64,000 nt of DNA from Bacillota bacterium (GTDB lineage Bacteria > Bacillota > Clostridia > Christensenellales > CAG-138). The notes beneath the pieces are model-generated. The model saw nothing but the letters and a program-made list of their open reading frames with translations, was not told the origin of the DNA and ran no database searches. The translations under genes and the position numbers were made by a program. This document shows, piece after piece, positions 18,403 to 26,845 of this stretch. Where the stretch lies: NCBI GenBank assembly GCA_023400985.1, contig JAEXEN010000037.1:35118-99117 (forward strand), read 5' to 3'. Position 1 is the first letter of the stretch; each line of letters opens with the position of its first letter.

Positions 18403-19236
18403 ATGAAAAAGTTTTTTCTCGCTGCGCTTGCGCTTTGTTTGACGCTTTTTTCTGCGACCGCCGCCGCGGAGCCCACCGCTTCGCCCTCAGCGGAGCCATC
18501 CGCATCCGTATCACCTTCGCCGTCCTCCCCTTCGGGCTCCGTGTCGACACTCATCAAGTATAAGGACACGGGCGAGCCTGTGGTGCGCATCCAAATGCGC
18601 CTTCGGGAGCTCGGCTACTTTGCTTTCAAACCCACAGGGAACTTTCAGACCATGTCGATGGAGGCCGTCATCGCCTTCCAGCAGCGCCAGCTCGATGCGA
18701 ACGGAAAACCCATTATATCCGACGGAACGGTGGGCGCACAATCCATGGAGATCTTATTTTCCCCCTCCGCAGCGCGCGCCGAGATCGTATCCGGCATCCC
18801 CGTCGGCCCTTCTTTACAAGGCACACCTTCTGTAGTGGGCGAGCTCGTCGACTGGAGCGAGGTCAAAACGCTTTTGAGCGTGGGCAATACCTATGTGGTA
18901 ACGGATTACAACACCGGCAGGCAGTTCAACCTCACCTTCGCGGGCGGCGAAAACCATGCCGAAATGGAAGCCAGCGCAGCGACGGATGTTACCGCAATAA
19001 AGGAAGTGTTCGGCGGCGACTTCAGCTTTTTCAAGCGTCCGGCGGTGATCAAAATAGGCGATAAAAACATCGCAGCCTCTTTGCAGGGCTACCCCCACGG
19101 CAGTGACAGCGTATCCGTAAACGATATGGACGGGCATCTGTGCATGTATTTCAACGGCAGCACCTCCCACGTGAGCAACCTGCCGGACGCTGAGCATGCC
19201 GCACAGATATACAAGGCGGCAGGCCGGGACAATTAA
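18403..19236 (+). CDS. Secreted PG_binding_1 protein sharing a C-terminal domain with 11965..13122
   Basis: Signal peptide MKKFFLAALALCLTLFSATAAA, an S/P-rich linker, and a PG-binding repeat (GEPVVRIQMRLRELGYF...DGTVGAQSM). The C-terminal domain aligns with the SH3b protein. Confidence 0.8.
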   Translation: MKKFFLAALALCLTLFSATAAAEPTASPSAEPSASVSPSPSSPSGSVSTLIKYKDTGEPVVRIQMRLRELGYFAFKPTGNFQTMSMEAVIAFQQRQLDANGKPIISDGTVGAQSMEILFSPSAARAEIVSGIPVGPSLQGTPSVVGELVDWSEVKTLLSVGNTYVVTDYNTGRQFNLTFAGGENHAEMEASAATDVTAIKEVFGGDFSFFKRPAVIKIGDKNIAASLQGYPHGSDSVSVNDMDGHLCMYFNGSTSHVSNLPDAEHAAQIYKAAGRDN

Positions 19237-19276
19237 ATATAATTTTAAAGATACGGCCCGTATTATTGTTGCTTGC

Positions 19277-20014
19277 CTACCTCGCCTTCTCCCGCAGCTT
19301 CGAAAGTATCCTGTTCTCAAGCCGCGATACCTGCACCTGTGAGACGCCGAGGGTCTTTGCGATCTCCCCCTGCGTTTTATCCGAAAAATAGCGCAGCATG
19401 ATGATCTGCCTTTCGCGCGGTTCGAGCGAGCGCAAAAGCTCTTTTAGAAGCACGCGGTTCACCGCGTCGTTGGCCTCCGTATCCGAAGCGCCCACGCGGT
19501 CGATCAAAAGCGCGTCGGAATCGTCGCCGAAGGCCGGCTCATAAATAGAGGCGTGCGGGCGAACGGCTTCCATCGCCATCACCACCGTTTCCGCTTCCTC
19601 TTCAATGCTGTCGGCGATCTCGTTCACGCCCACATCCCGCCCCAGTTCGCGGCTTAAACGTTCCTGCGCCGCCGCCGCGCGGGCGGCGACCTCCTTAAGA
19701 GAGCGGCTTACCTTGATCATGCCGTCGTCGCGTAAAAACCGCTTGATTTCCCCCGCTATCATCGGCACGGCATAGGTGGAAAACCGCACGTTGTATTTTG
19801 TGTCGAAATGCCGGATAGCCTTGATGAGCCCCACGCAGCCGATTTGGTAAAGGTCGTCGTATTCCGTGCCCCGGTTGGTGAATTTTTTTACGATGGATTT
19901 TACGAGCGCGGCATTGTTGACGATGAGCGTTTCCTGTGCCTCCTCGTCGCCACTCTGCGCCAGCGCGATCAGCTCCAGCGTTTCATCATGCGAAAGCGGC
20001 GCGCTTTCATGCAT
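19277..20014 (-). CDS. sigF: Sporulation sigma factor SigF
   Basis: Sigma-70 regions 2-4 (DLYQIGCVGLIKAIRHFD, YAVPMIAGEIKRFLRDD, GEIAKTLGVSQVQVSRLE). It lies immediately after spoIIAA-spoIIAB. Confidence 0.95.
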   Translation of the reverse strand: MHESAPLSHDETLELIALAQSGDEEAQETLIVNNAALVKSIVKKFTNRGTEYDDLYQIGCVGLIKAIRHFDTKYNVRFSTYAVPMIAGEIKRFLRDDGMIKVSRSLKEVAARAAAAQERLSRELGRDVGVNEIADSIEEEAETVVMAMEAVRPHASIYEPAFGDDSDALLIDRVGASDTEANDAVNRVLLKELLRSLEPRERQIIMLRYFSDKTQGEIAKTLGVSQVQVSRLENRILSKLREKAR

Positions 20015-20444
20015 CGCCGTTCACCGTCGGAATCAGTTTTTTCATGGAAACGGTGGTGCCCTTGCCGGGAGCGGAGCTCACATGTAGCGAATCCATAAAC
20101 GCCTGCATCACCGAAAAGCCCATGCCCGAGCGTTCGAGATCCGGCGTGCCGGTATAAAAGGGCTGCATGGCAAGCGAGATATCCTCGATCCCCTTTCCCT
20201 CGTCCCGCACCGTCACCTCGAACGTTCGGCCGCGGATGAAGCAATCCATATACACGGTCCCGACACGGCCCTCGTAGCCGTGTACGATGGCGTTGGTGAC
20301 CGCTTCGCTCACGGCGGTGCGCAGATCCGTCAATTCCTCGATGGTGGGGTTGAGCTGCGTGGCGAACGCGGCGACCGCCATGCGTGCAAAGGATTCGTTT
20401 TGCGAAAGCCCCAAGAAGCTGAGGTGCATTTCGTTTTGATACAT
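20007..20444 (-). CDS. spoIIAB: Anti-sigma F factor SpoIIAB (serine kinase)
   Basis: HATPase-like motifs (AVSEAVTNAIVHGY, DEGKGIEDI, ERSGMGF). It overlaps the sigF start by 8 nt. Confidence 0.95.
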   Translation of the reverse strand: MYQNEMHLSFLGLSQNESFARMAVAAFATQLNPTIEELTDLRTAVSEAVTNAIVHGYEGRVGTVYMDCFIRGRTFEVTVRDEGKGIEDISLAMQPFYTGTPDLERSGMGFSVMQAFMDSLHVSSAPGKGTTVSMKKLIPTVNGDA

Positions 20445-20476
20445 CTGATTTTCCCCCTATGCGCATCTTGCCGAAG

Positions 20477-20788
20477 TTATCTTGCGTTCTTTTGCAGAAG
20501 CGGGGATAGCCCCGCCATTTTGACCATCCGCTCCACGTATTTGTTTGCACCGCGGATGGCGAGCGTTCCGCCCCGCTGCGACATCAGCCTGTACCTGCCA
20601 AGCAAAATGCCGATGCCGGAGCTATCCATAAAGGTTACCGATCGCATATCGAAAACAAGTTCCCGTATACTTGCGTCCTTAAGCATGGCGTCGATGCTCT
20701 GCCGAAGCGACGCGGCATTGTGATGATCGAGCTCCCCGCCCAGCTTCACCGTGAGCTGCGCGCCTTTTCTTTCGGATTGTTGCTCCAT
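20477..20788 (-). CDS. spoIIAA: Anti-sigma F factor antagonist SpoIIAA (STAS domain)
   Basis: STAS pattern with the phosphorylatable Ser context (VTFMDSSGIGILLG). It is the first gene of the sigF operon. Confidence 0.9.
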   Translation of the reverse strand: MEQQSERKGAQLTVKLGGELDHHNAASLRQSIDAMLKDASIRELVFDMRSVTFMDSSGIGILLGRYRLMSQRGGTLAIRGANKYVERMVKMAGLSPLLQKNAR

Positions 20789-20861
20789 ACAATTCCCCTC
20801 TCTACCCTCGGAAAAGAGCCTTTTGTACCGCTTCCGCGCTGCCGCAAAAAGCCTTCTTGCC

Positions 20862-20890
20862 TTATTCGCGCGGCAAAATTTGCCTCCTTT
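20862..20890 (-). promoter_or_regulatory. Candidate sigmaH-type promoter of the spoIIA operon
   Basis: The minus strand reads AAAGGAGGC-N11-CGCGAATAA, compared with the consensus RNAGGAWWW-N11-12-RNNGAATWW. It lies about 75 nt upstream of the spoIIAA ATG. The match is partial. Confidence 0.35.
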
Positions 20891-21017
20891 GGCGCTTATC
20901 CACTTGTTTTGGCTGTTTATAGGAGTATGTGTAAAAGGGCAGGAAACTATACATACTTCACAAAAAAAGCCGCTCCGGAAATTCCGAAACGGCCTGTATG
21001 AAAATATCTTCTTAGCG

Positions 21018-22028
21018 TTAAAACCACTTTTTACGTTTGAAATAGATCAGCATCCCCACGGCGATAAGCGCCATCGCGCTCCATGTGCCGTAGTAGCCCC
21101 ATTTATATTCCAAAAGCGGCATATACCTGAAGTTCATCCCGTACACGCCTGTAACGAACGAAAGCGGAATGAAGATGGTGGAGATGACGGTGAGTATCTT
21201 CATGACCTCGTTGAGTTTATTGCTGGTGTTGGAAAAATGGATCTCTGTAAGATCGGCAACGAGTTCCCTGCTCGTATCCGTGGTTTCAACGGCCTGCACG
21301 ATGCGGTCGTACACGTCGCGGAAATACGGCTTGGTCTCCTCGCTGATAAGCGGGCTCGCATCCTTCCCCATGAGCGAGGCTACATCGCGCAGCGGCCATA
21401 TTGCCCTGGTTAGGCTTAAAAGCTCCTTTCGTATGCTGCGCATGGTCTCGAGCTGCTTTTTCGCTGCATTTTCCAAGATCTCTTCCTCCAGTGCGTCGAT
21501 GCGGTCGTTGACGAGTTCGAGCACGTCGAAATACCCGTCCACGATAGCGTCTAGCAGCGAATAAAGAAGGTAATCCGCCCCGCGCGCCCTTATCTTCGAA
21601 CCCTCGCTTTTGATATGGCCGCGGATAGGAGCGAACACATCCCCGGCCGATCGGCCGAAAGAAAGTACATAGCTCGGTCCGAGGATGAAATTCACGGGTT
21701 CCGTCACAAGTTCATCCTGCTTATGATAGATCATTTTTGCCGCAAGGTGGATCTGCTCGCCATACGTCTCTATCTTCGTGCGCAGGCTGCCGTCCTTGAT
21801 GTTTTCGAGCACGAGCGGGTGGATGAAAAACGCCGCGCCGAGCGCTGCCAAAGTTTCCTCGGGACACGCGTCATCGATGTCGATCCAGCGCACCGTCCCC
21901 TTGGGCACGCTTGAAAGCGCCCGGAGCGACTGAAAGTCCAAGGCATCCGCCTCATAAAACTCGCTGTGCGCGGCATTGAACTGCGCGACCGCGACAGGCC
22001 GCGAAACACCCAAAGTCTGCGTAAGCAT
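21018..22028 (-). CDS. corA: Magnesium/cobalt transporter CorA
   Basis: C-terminal YGMNF motif between two TM helices (FVTGVYGMNFRYMP). Size is typical for the family. Confidence 0.9.
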   Translation of the reverse strand: MLTQTLGVSRPVAVAQFNAAHSEFYEADALDFQSLRALSSVPKGTVRWIDIDDACPEETLAALGAAFFIHPLVLENIKDGSLRTKIETYGEQIHLAAKMIYHKQDELVTEPVNFILGPSYVLSFGRSAGDVFAPIRGHIKSEGSKIRARGADYLLYSLLDAIVDGYFDVLELVNDRIDALEEEILENAAKKQLETMRSIRKELLSLTRAIWPLRDVASLMGKDASPLISEETKPYFRDVYDRIVQAVETTDTSRELVADLTEIHFSNTSNKLNEVMKILTVISTIFIPLSFVTGVYGMNFRYMPLLEYKWGYYGTWSAMALIAVGMLIYFKRKKWF

Positions 22029-22056
22029 CCCTCCATTTCTTTAAGAGAGCTTAATC

Positions 22057-22080
22057 AAAAAAGTGCCTTTCGGCACTTTT
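22057..22080 (-). terminator. Intrinsic terminator after EF-G paralog
   Basis: The minus strand reads AAAAGTGCC-GAAA-GGCACTTTTTT, 15 nt after the stop. Confidence 0.8.
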
Positions 22081-22094
22081 CCTGTAAAGGCTGA

Positions 22095-24167
22095 TTATTC
22101 TTCTTCCTCGTCCTCACGCTTGGCCTGCTCGATGATCTTTTGCGCGATCTGGCCCGGGACATCCTCGTAGCGGACAAATTCGGACTTAAACGAACCGCGC
22201 GCCTGCGTCATGGAGCGAAGGTCCGTGGCGTACTTGAACATCTCGGCAAGCGGCGCCTCGGCGACGACCTCGGTCTTGCCTCCCTCGCGCGGGTTCATGC
22301 CGAGCATGCGGCCGCGACGGCGGTTGAGGTCGCCGATCACGTCGCCCATGTAGTCGCTCGGCACGAGTATTTCGTAGCGGTAGATGGGCTCGATAAGGGC
22401 CGGGCTCGCGTGCGCACAGGCTTCCTTATACGCAAGCCTTGCGGCGGATTTGAACGCAACTTCCTTGGAATCCACGGGGTGGTACTTGCCGAAGAACAGC
22501 GTGGCTTTCACGCCGATCATGGGATAGCCGGCCAGTACGCCGTGCTGCAGCGCCTCGCGCGTTCCCTTTTCTACCGCGGGGATGTATTCACGGGGCACCA
22601 CGCCGCCGACGATGGCGTTCACAAATTCGAATTCTCCGTTTTCCAAGGGTTCAAAGCGCATGTTGACAACGCCGAACTGACCGCTGCCGCCCGTCTGCTT
22701 CTTGTGCTTGCCTTCGGCCTCCGCGGTAGCGCGGATGGTCTCGCGATAGGGTACCTTGGGATCATTGAGCGCAGCTTCCACGCCGGTCTTATTTTTGAGC
22801 TTAGAGCAGATGACGTCGATATGCATTTCGCCTAAGCCGCGGATGAGCACGTCGCCCGTTTCCACGTTCTTTTCGAGCGCCATGGTCGGGTCTTCCTCGA
22901 GGAGCTTGTTGAGGCCCGCGAAGACCTTATCTTCCTCGCCCTGCTTCTTGGCGCTTACCGCAAGGCCGATGGCCGGTTCCGGGAATACGATCTTATCGAA
23001 CACAACGGGCGCGGACGCGTCGCAGAGCGTATCACCGGTGTTTGTGTACTGAAGCTTGGAAAGCGCGCCGATATCGCCCGCGATGAGCTTATCGACGGGA
23101 ATGAGCTTTTTGCCGCGCATGATGGCGGGCGCGGCGGCTTTTTCGCTCTTATCGGAAACGCTATTGTAGGGCGCGATATCCGCCGTAAGCGTACCACTAT
23201 ATATCTTGATGATAGAGTATTTGCCAAACTGATCGACCACGGTCTTGGCGACCTGCGCCGCAAACTTGCCGGTCTTTTCGACCGCAACGGTCTCGCCGGT
23301 CTTTGCGCTGACAGCGTGCGGGGCGGCCACGTCGCTTGCAGCCGGCATATAATGCACAAGGTTATCAAGAAGCGTCGTCACGCCGATATTCGGGAGCGCC
23401 GCACAGCAGCTCACGGGCGTGATCGCGCCTTCGCGCACGCCGCGGTTGAGCCCGCGAATGATCTCCTCATGGGAGAGCTCGCCTTCCTCGAAGAATTTTT
23501 CCATCAATGCCTCTTCGCTCTCGGCGGCAGCTTCGGTAAGCGCCTCGTAGTACTTTTGCGTGAAGGCCGCGAGCGAGTCGGGGATAGCGGTATCCTTTTC
23601 ATTCTTGCCGTCAAAGAGCTTGGCGGTCTTGTTGACGACGTCCACATAGCCCTTAAAGGCGCCTTTCTCCATGATGGGGACTTGGATGGGTACGACGCTT
23701 GGGCCGAACTTCGCGACCAGCTCGTCTATGACCTTTTCAAAATTGGCATTTTCACGGTCCATCTGGTTGATGACCATCATGCGCGCCATATTGCGTTCCT
23801 TACAAAGCTCCATGGCCTTCTCCACACCCACGACGGGACCGCTAACCGCACCCACTACGATGAGGGCTGCGTCGGCGAGCGCCATGACGGCGTACACCTC
23901 ACCGTAAAAATCGAAAAAGCCCGGGGCGTCGATGATGTTGATCTTAACATCCTTCCACTCTAAGGGAGCCAGCGCAGCATTGATGGAAATGGCACGCTTG
24001 GTTTCTTCGGGGTCGAAGTCGGTGGTGGTGTTACCGTTTTCAACGCGGCCAAGCCTCTCGAGAAGGCCCGCATTGAAGAGCATTGCCTCGGTCAAAGTGG
24101 TCTTCCCCTCGCCGCCATGCCCAAAGATTCCGATGTTGCGGATGTTTGCTGCGGTGTAGTCTTTCAT
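22095..24167 (-). CDS. Elongation factor G paralog with non-canonical GTPase motifs
   Basis: Five-domain EF-G architecture. Start placed at ATG 24167 (MKDYTAANIRNIGIFGHGGEGKTTL). G1 is GHGGEGKT, switch II is DAPGFFDF (canonical DTPGHVDF), and G4 is NQMD (canonical NKMD). Confidence 0.9.
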   Translation of the reverse strand: MKDYTAANIRNIGIFGHGGEGKTTLTEAMLFNAGLLERLGRVENGNTTTDFDPEETKRAISINAALAPLEWKDVKINIIDAPGFFDFYGEVYAVMALADAALIVVGAVSGPVVGVEKAMELCKERNMARMMVINQMDRENANFEKVIDELVAKFGPSVVPIQVPIMEKGAFKGYVDVVNKTAKLFDGKNEKDTAIPDSLAAFTQKYYEALTEAAAESEEALMEKFFEEGELSHEEIIRGLNRGVREGAITPVSCCAALPNIGVTTLLDNLVHYMPAASDVAAPHAVSAKTGETVAVEKTGKFAAQVAKTVVDQFGKYSIIKIYSGTLTADIAPYNSVSDKSEKAAAPAIMRGKKLIPVDKLIAGDIGALSKLQYTNTGDTLCDASAPVVFDKIVFPEPAIGLAVSAKKQGEEDKVFAGLNKLLEEDPTMALEKNVETGDVLIRGLGEMHIDVICSKLKNKTGVEAALNDPKVPYRETIRATAEAEGKHKKQTGGSGQFGVVNMRFEPLENGEFEFVNAIVGGVVPREYIPAVEKGTREALQHGVLAGYPMIGVKATLFFGKYHPVDSKEVAFKSAARLAYKEACAHASPALIEPIYRYEILVPSDYMGDVIGDLNRRRGRMLGMNPREGGKTEVVAEAPLAEMFKYATDLRSMTQARGSFKSEFVRYEDVPGQIAQKIIEQAKREDEEEE

Positions 24168-24227
24168 GTGAAGTAAAATCCCCCTAATGGTGTAGATTAG
24201 AACATGTAAAATCAACGTCTGATAGAC

Positions 24228-24270
24228 AGCCGCCACTTGCTATTGTATCAGGCAAGCGGCGGCTTGTAAA
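24228..24270 (-). promoter_or_regulatory. SigmaA-like promoter embedded in a 13-bp inverted repeat (candidate operator)
   Basis: On the minus strand: -35 TTACAA (24270-24265), a 17-nt spacer, then -10 TACAAT (24247-24242). The inverted-repeat arms are AGCCGCCACTTGC (24228-24240) and GCAAGCGGCGGCT (24252-24264), complementary at 12 of 13 positions. Confidence 0.55.
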
Positions 24271-24273
24271 CTG

Positions 24274-24301
24274 TTTTTGCCCTACCAAACGGGCATTTTT
24301 T
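24274..24301. terminator. Hairpin with T-tracts on the plus strand, located after the minus-strand nrdJ
   Basis: TTTTTGCCC-TACCAAAC-GGGCATTTTTT. Read on the minus strand, the stem is followed by A residues rather than U residues. Confidence 0.45.
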
Positions 24302-24319
24302 CGGCGAAAATGCAGTTTT

Positions 24320-26638
24320 TCAACCGCATTTGGAATATCCGCATCCTCTGCAAATCACACAGCCGCCCTCATGTTCCATCTCGCTCCCACACTCGGGGCA
24401 CGGCACGCCCGCGGTTTTTTCGGGATCGGGCTCCGCATGGCCGTTAAGCGGAACGTCGTTGAACTCGTTCTCCTCGGCAGGTACGAGTTCGTGCTTTTCG
24501 GAGGAACCGTTTTTCTGTTTTTCCTCCTCGGCTTTCATTTTGGCGACCTTTTCGAGCACCCTGCCGATAGCGTCCGGGCAGGAAAGCACCTTGATATTCT
24601 TGTTTGTGGCGCGCTGGCGGAGCGTAGAATGGCAGCGGATGCCCTTTAGTTGCTCGATGACAGCCTCCACATCCATACCGGAGCGGAGCGCGGTGGAGAT
24701 GAGCCGGCTCGTTGCCTCGCTCTGGCTCGGGCAGCCGCCCGCGCGGCCGAGGTTTGCAAACACCTCGCAGATGCCTTCGTCGTCGTAATTGACGGTGATG
24801 TAGAGATTGCCGCAGCCGATCACCACCTTTTCGGTGATGCCGCGCGTCACCTCCGGGCGCGGGCGCGGCGTGATGTGCGCGTGGGCGATGGTCTTGATGT
24901 CTTTCTTCTTTTCGGGCTCCTCTTTTTTGACGCCGAGGTTCAGCACCTGCCCCGTACGGCTGCCGTCGCGATAGATGGTAACGCCCTTGCATTTAAGCTT
25001 ATAGGCGAGCACGAACGCCTCGGAAACATCCTCGCGGGTAGCGTCGTGTTTGAAGTTGACGGTTTTCGAGACGGCGTTATCCGTATGGTTCTGGAACGCC
25101 GCTTGTATGTTGATGTGATCCGCAGGCGCAATGTCATGCGCGGTCACGAACACACGCTTGATATGCTCGGGCACCTCTTCTATATCGTGAAGCGTACCCT
25201 TCTTAGCGATGCGACGCATGAGCTCATCCGAATAGAATCCCTCGCGCTTGGCGACTTCCACAAAATACGGGTCCACCTGCGGAAGTTCGTCGTTATCCAT
25301 GACGTTGCGGAAAAACGCCAGCGCAAACAGCGGCTCTACGCCGCTAGAGGCGTTGCAGATGATGGAGATGGTGCCCGTTGGGGCGATGGTGGTTCGGGTG
25401 GCGTTACGAAGCGGCTTTTTACTGCCCGCAAGCGTACTCTTTTCGTACAGAGGGAACGCGCCGCGCATTTTCGCGAGCGCCGCGCTCGCGCGGTCGGCGC
25501 GGGCCTGTATAAAGCCCATGAGCTTTTCGGCGAGCTCCACGCCTTCCTTGGAGTTGTAGGGAACGCCAAGGCGGTACAATATGTCCGCAAACGCCATCAC
25601 GCCGAGGCCGATCTTGCGGGTGGAACGCGTCATTTCGGCTATTTCGTCAAGAGGGTACTTATTGACGTCGATCACGTTGTCCAAAAAATGAACGGCAGTA
25701 TCGATGACGCTGCCCAGCCGCTCATAGTCGATCTCGTAGCCCGAAGGGGTCTTACGGAGCATTTTTATGAGGTTGATAGAGCCGAGATTGCAGCTTTCAT
25801 ACGGCAAAAGCGGCTGTTCCCCGCATGGATTGGTGGATTCGATCTCGCCGACGGAGGGTACGACGTTATCGCGGTTCATCCTGTCGAGGAACACGATGCC
25901 CGGCTCGCCGTTTTGCCACGCCATATCCACAATGAGATCGAATATCTCCCGCGCGCGCTTCTTCTCCACGGGCTTCTTTGTGCGCGGGTCGATAATGTCG
26001 TATTCCTCGTCCGCCTCCACCGCTTGCATAAACGCTTCGGTGAGGCCGACGCTGATATTGAAATTGGTGATCTCCGTAAGGTCGCTTTTGCACCGAATGA
26101 ATTCTGCTATGTCCGGATGGTCCACGCGGAGGATGCCCATGTTCGCGCCGCGGCGCGTGCCCCCCTGCTTCACCGCCTCGGTGGCGGCGTTGAACACCTT
26201 CATGAAGCTCACGGGACCGGAGGCCACACCGCCCGTGGAGCGAACCATAGAGCCCGCCGGGCGCAGCCGCGAAAACGAAAAGCCCGTGCCGCCGCCGCTT
26301 TGATGGATGAGCGCGGCGTTTTTCACCGCGTCGAAAATAGCGGTCATGGAATCCTCCACAGGAAGCACGAAGCAGGCGGAAAGCTGTCCCATGGATTTTC
26401 CGGCGTTCATGAGCGTGGGCGAATTGGGCATGAATGCAAGGTCGCTCATCAAATCGAAAAACGCGTCGGACGTTTTTTTCACATCCGCATCTTTATCGTA
26501 AAGCCTGTCCGCCTCGGCCACAGCGTCCGCAACGCGCCGGAACATCCCTTCCGGCGTCTCAATCAGCTCTCCTCTTTCATTTTTCGTCAGATACCTACGT
26601 TCGAGAACCGTCAAAGCGTTTTTCCCCAAGGTTTCCAT
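24320..26638 (-). CDS. nrdJ: Adenosylcobalamin-dependent (class II) ribonucleotide reductase NrdJ
   Basis: RNR large-subunit motifs (NPCGEQPL, SCNLGSINL, TIAPTGTIS) with a C-terminal Cys-rich Zn-ribbon tail (CPECGSEMEHEGGCVICRGCGYSKCG). Start placed at ATG 26638 (METLGKNALTVLERRYL) with SD AGGAGA. Confidence 0.9.
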   Translation of the reverse strand: METLGKNALTVLERRYLTKNERGELIETPEGMFRRVADAVAEADRLYDKDADVKKTSDAFFDLMSDLAFMPNSPTLMNAGKSMGQLSACFVLPVEDSMTAIFDAVKNAALIHQSGGGTGFSFSRLRPAGSMVRSTGGVASGPVSFMKVFNAATEAVKQGGTRRGANMGILRVDHPDIAEFIRCKSDLTEITNFNISVGLTEAFMQAVEADEEYDIIDPRTKKPVEKKRAREIFDLIVDMAWQNGEPGIVFLDRMNRDNVVPSVGEIESTNPCGEQPLLPYESCNLGSINLIKMLRKTPSGYEIDYERLGSVIDTAVHFLDNVIDVNKYPLDEIAEMTRSTRKIGLGVMAFADILYRLGVPYNSKEGVELAEKLMGFIQARADRASAALAKMRGAFPLYEKSTLAGSKKPLRNATRTTIAPTGTISIICNASSGVEPLFALAFFRNVMDNDELPQVDPYFVEVAKREGFYSDELMRRIAKKGTLHDIEEVPEHIKRVFVTAHDIAPADHINIQAAFQNHTDNAVSKTVNFKHDATREDVSEAFVLAYKLKCKGVTIYRDGSRTGQVLNLGVKKEEPEKKKDIKTIAHAHITPRPRPEVTRGITEKVVIGCGNLYITVNYDDEGICEVFANLGRAGGCPSQSEATSRLISTALRSGMDVEAVIEQLKGIRCHSTLRQRATNKNIKVLSCPDAIGRVLEKVAKMKAEEEKQKNGSSEKHELVPAEENEFNDVPLNGHAEPDPEKTAGVPCPECGSEMEHEGGCVICRGCGYSKCG

Positions 26639-26793
26639 ATGGCTTCTCCTGTCAATATTTGGTAGTTTTTGTTTGTTCGATGTACTAGATATTGTATCAC
26701 TTGTGCATTGGGGATACAAGATGAATGTTTCAGAAAAAGGAAGATATTTATTTACGAGCAAGAATAGGAACTGATTTTAAATTATTGGTGCGC

Positions 26794-26824
26794 TTAAAAC
26801 GCGGCAGGTTTCCCCGCCGCGTTT
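26794..26824 (-). terminator. Intrinsic terminator after nitroreductase gene
   Basis: The minus strand reads AAACGCGGC-GGGGAAACCT-GCCGCGTTTT. Confidence 0.7.
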
Positions 26825-26845
26825 ATATATTCCGATTTTCTAATT

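Noticed and set aside
20751-21413. 220-aa plus-strand ORF bridging the spoIIAA-corA gap.
   Set aside because: Its 3' two-thirds is antisense to corA. Its 5' part covers the spoIIA promoter region. It has no motif and no SD.
24650-26665. 671-aa ORF on the plus strand, the longest plus-strand ORF in this region.
   Set aside because: It lies entirely antisense to nrdJ, whose product has unmistakable RNR motifs. Its own translation is Arg/His/Ala/Gly-rich with no recognisable motif. This is a typical shadow ORF of a GC-rich gene.
26639-26845. Cobalamin riboswitch upstream of the B12-dependent nrdJ.
   Set aside because: No B12-box-like sequence or extended structured leader is visible. B12 riboswitches normally repress B12-independent isozymes or B12 uptake, not B12-dependent enzymes.
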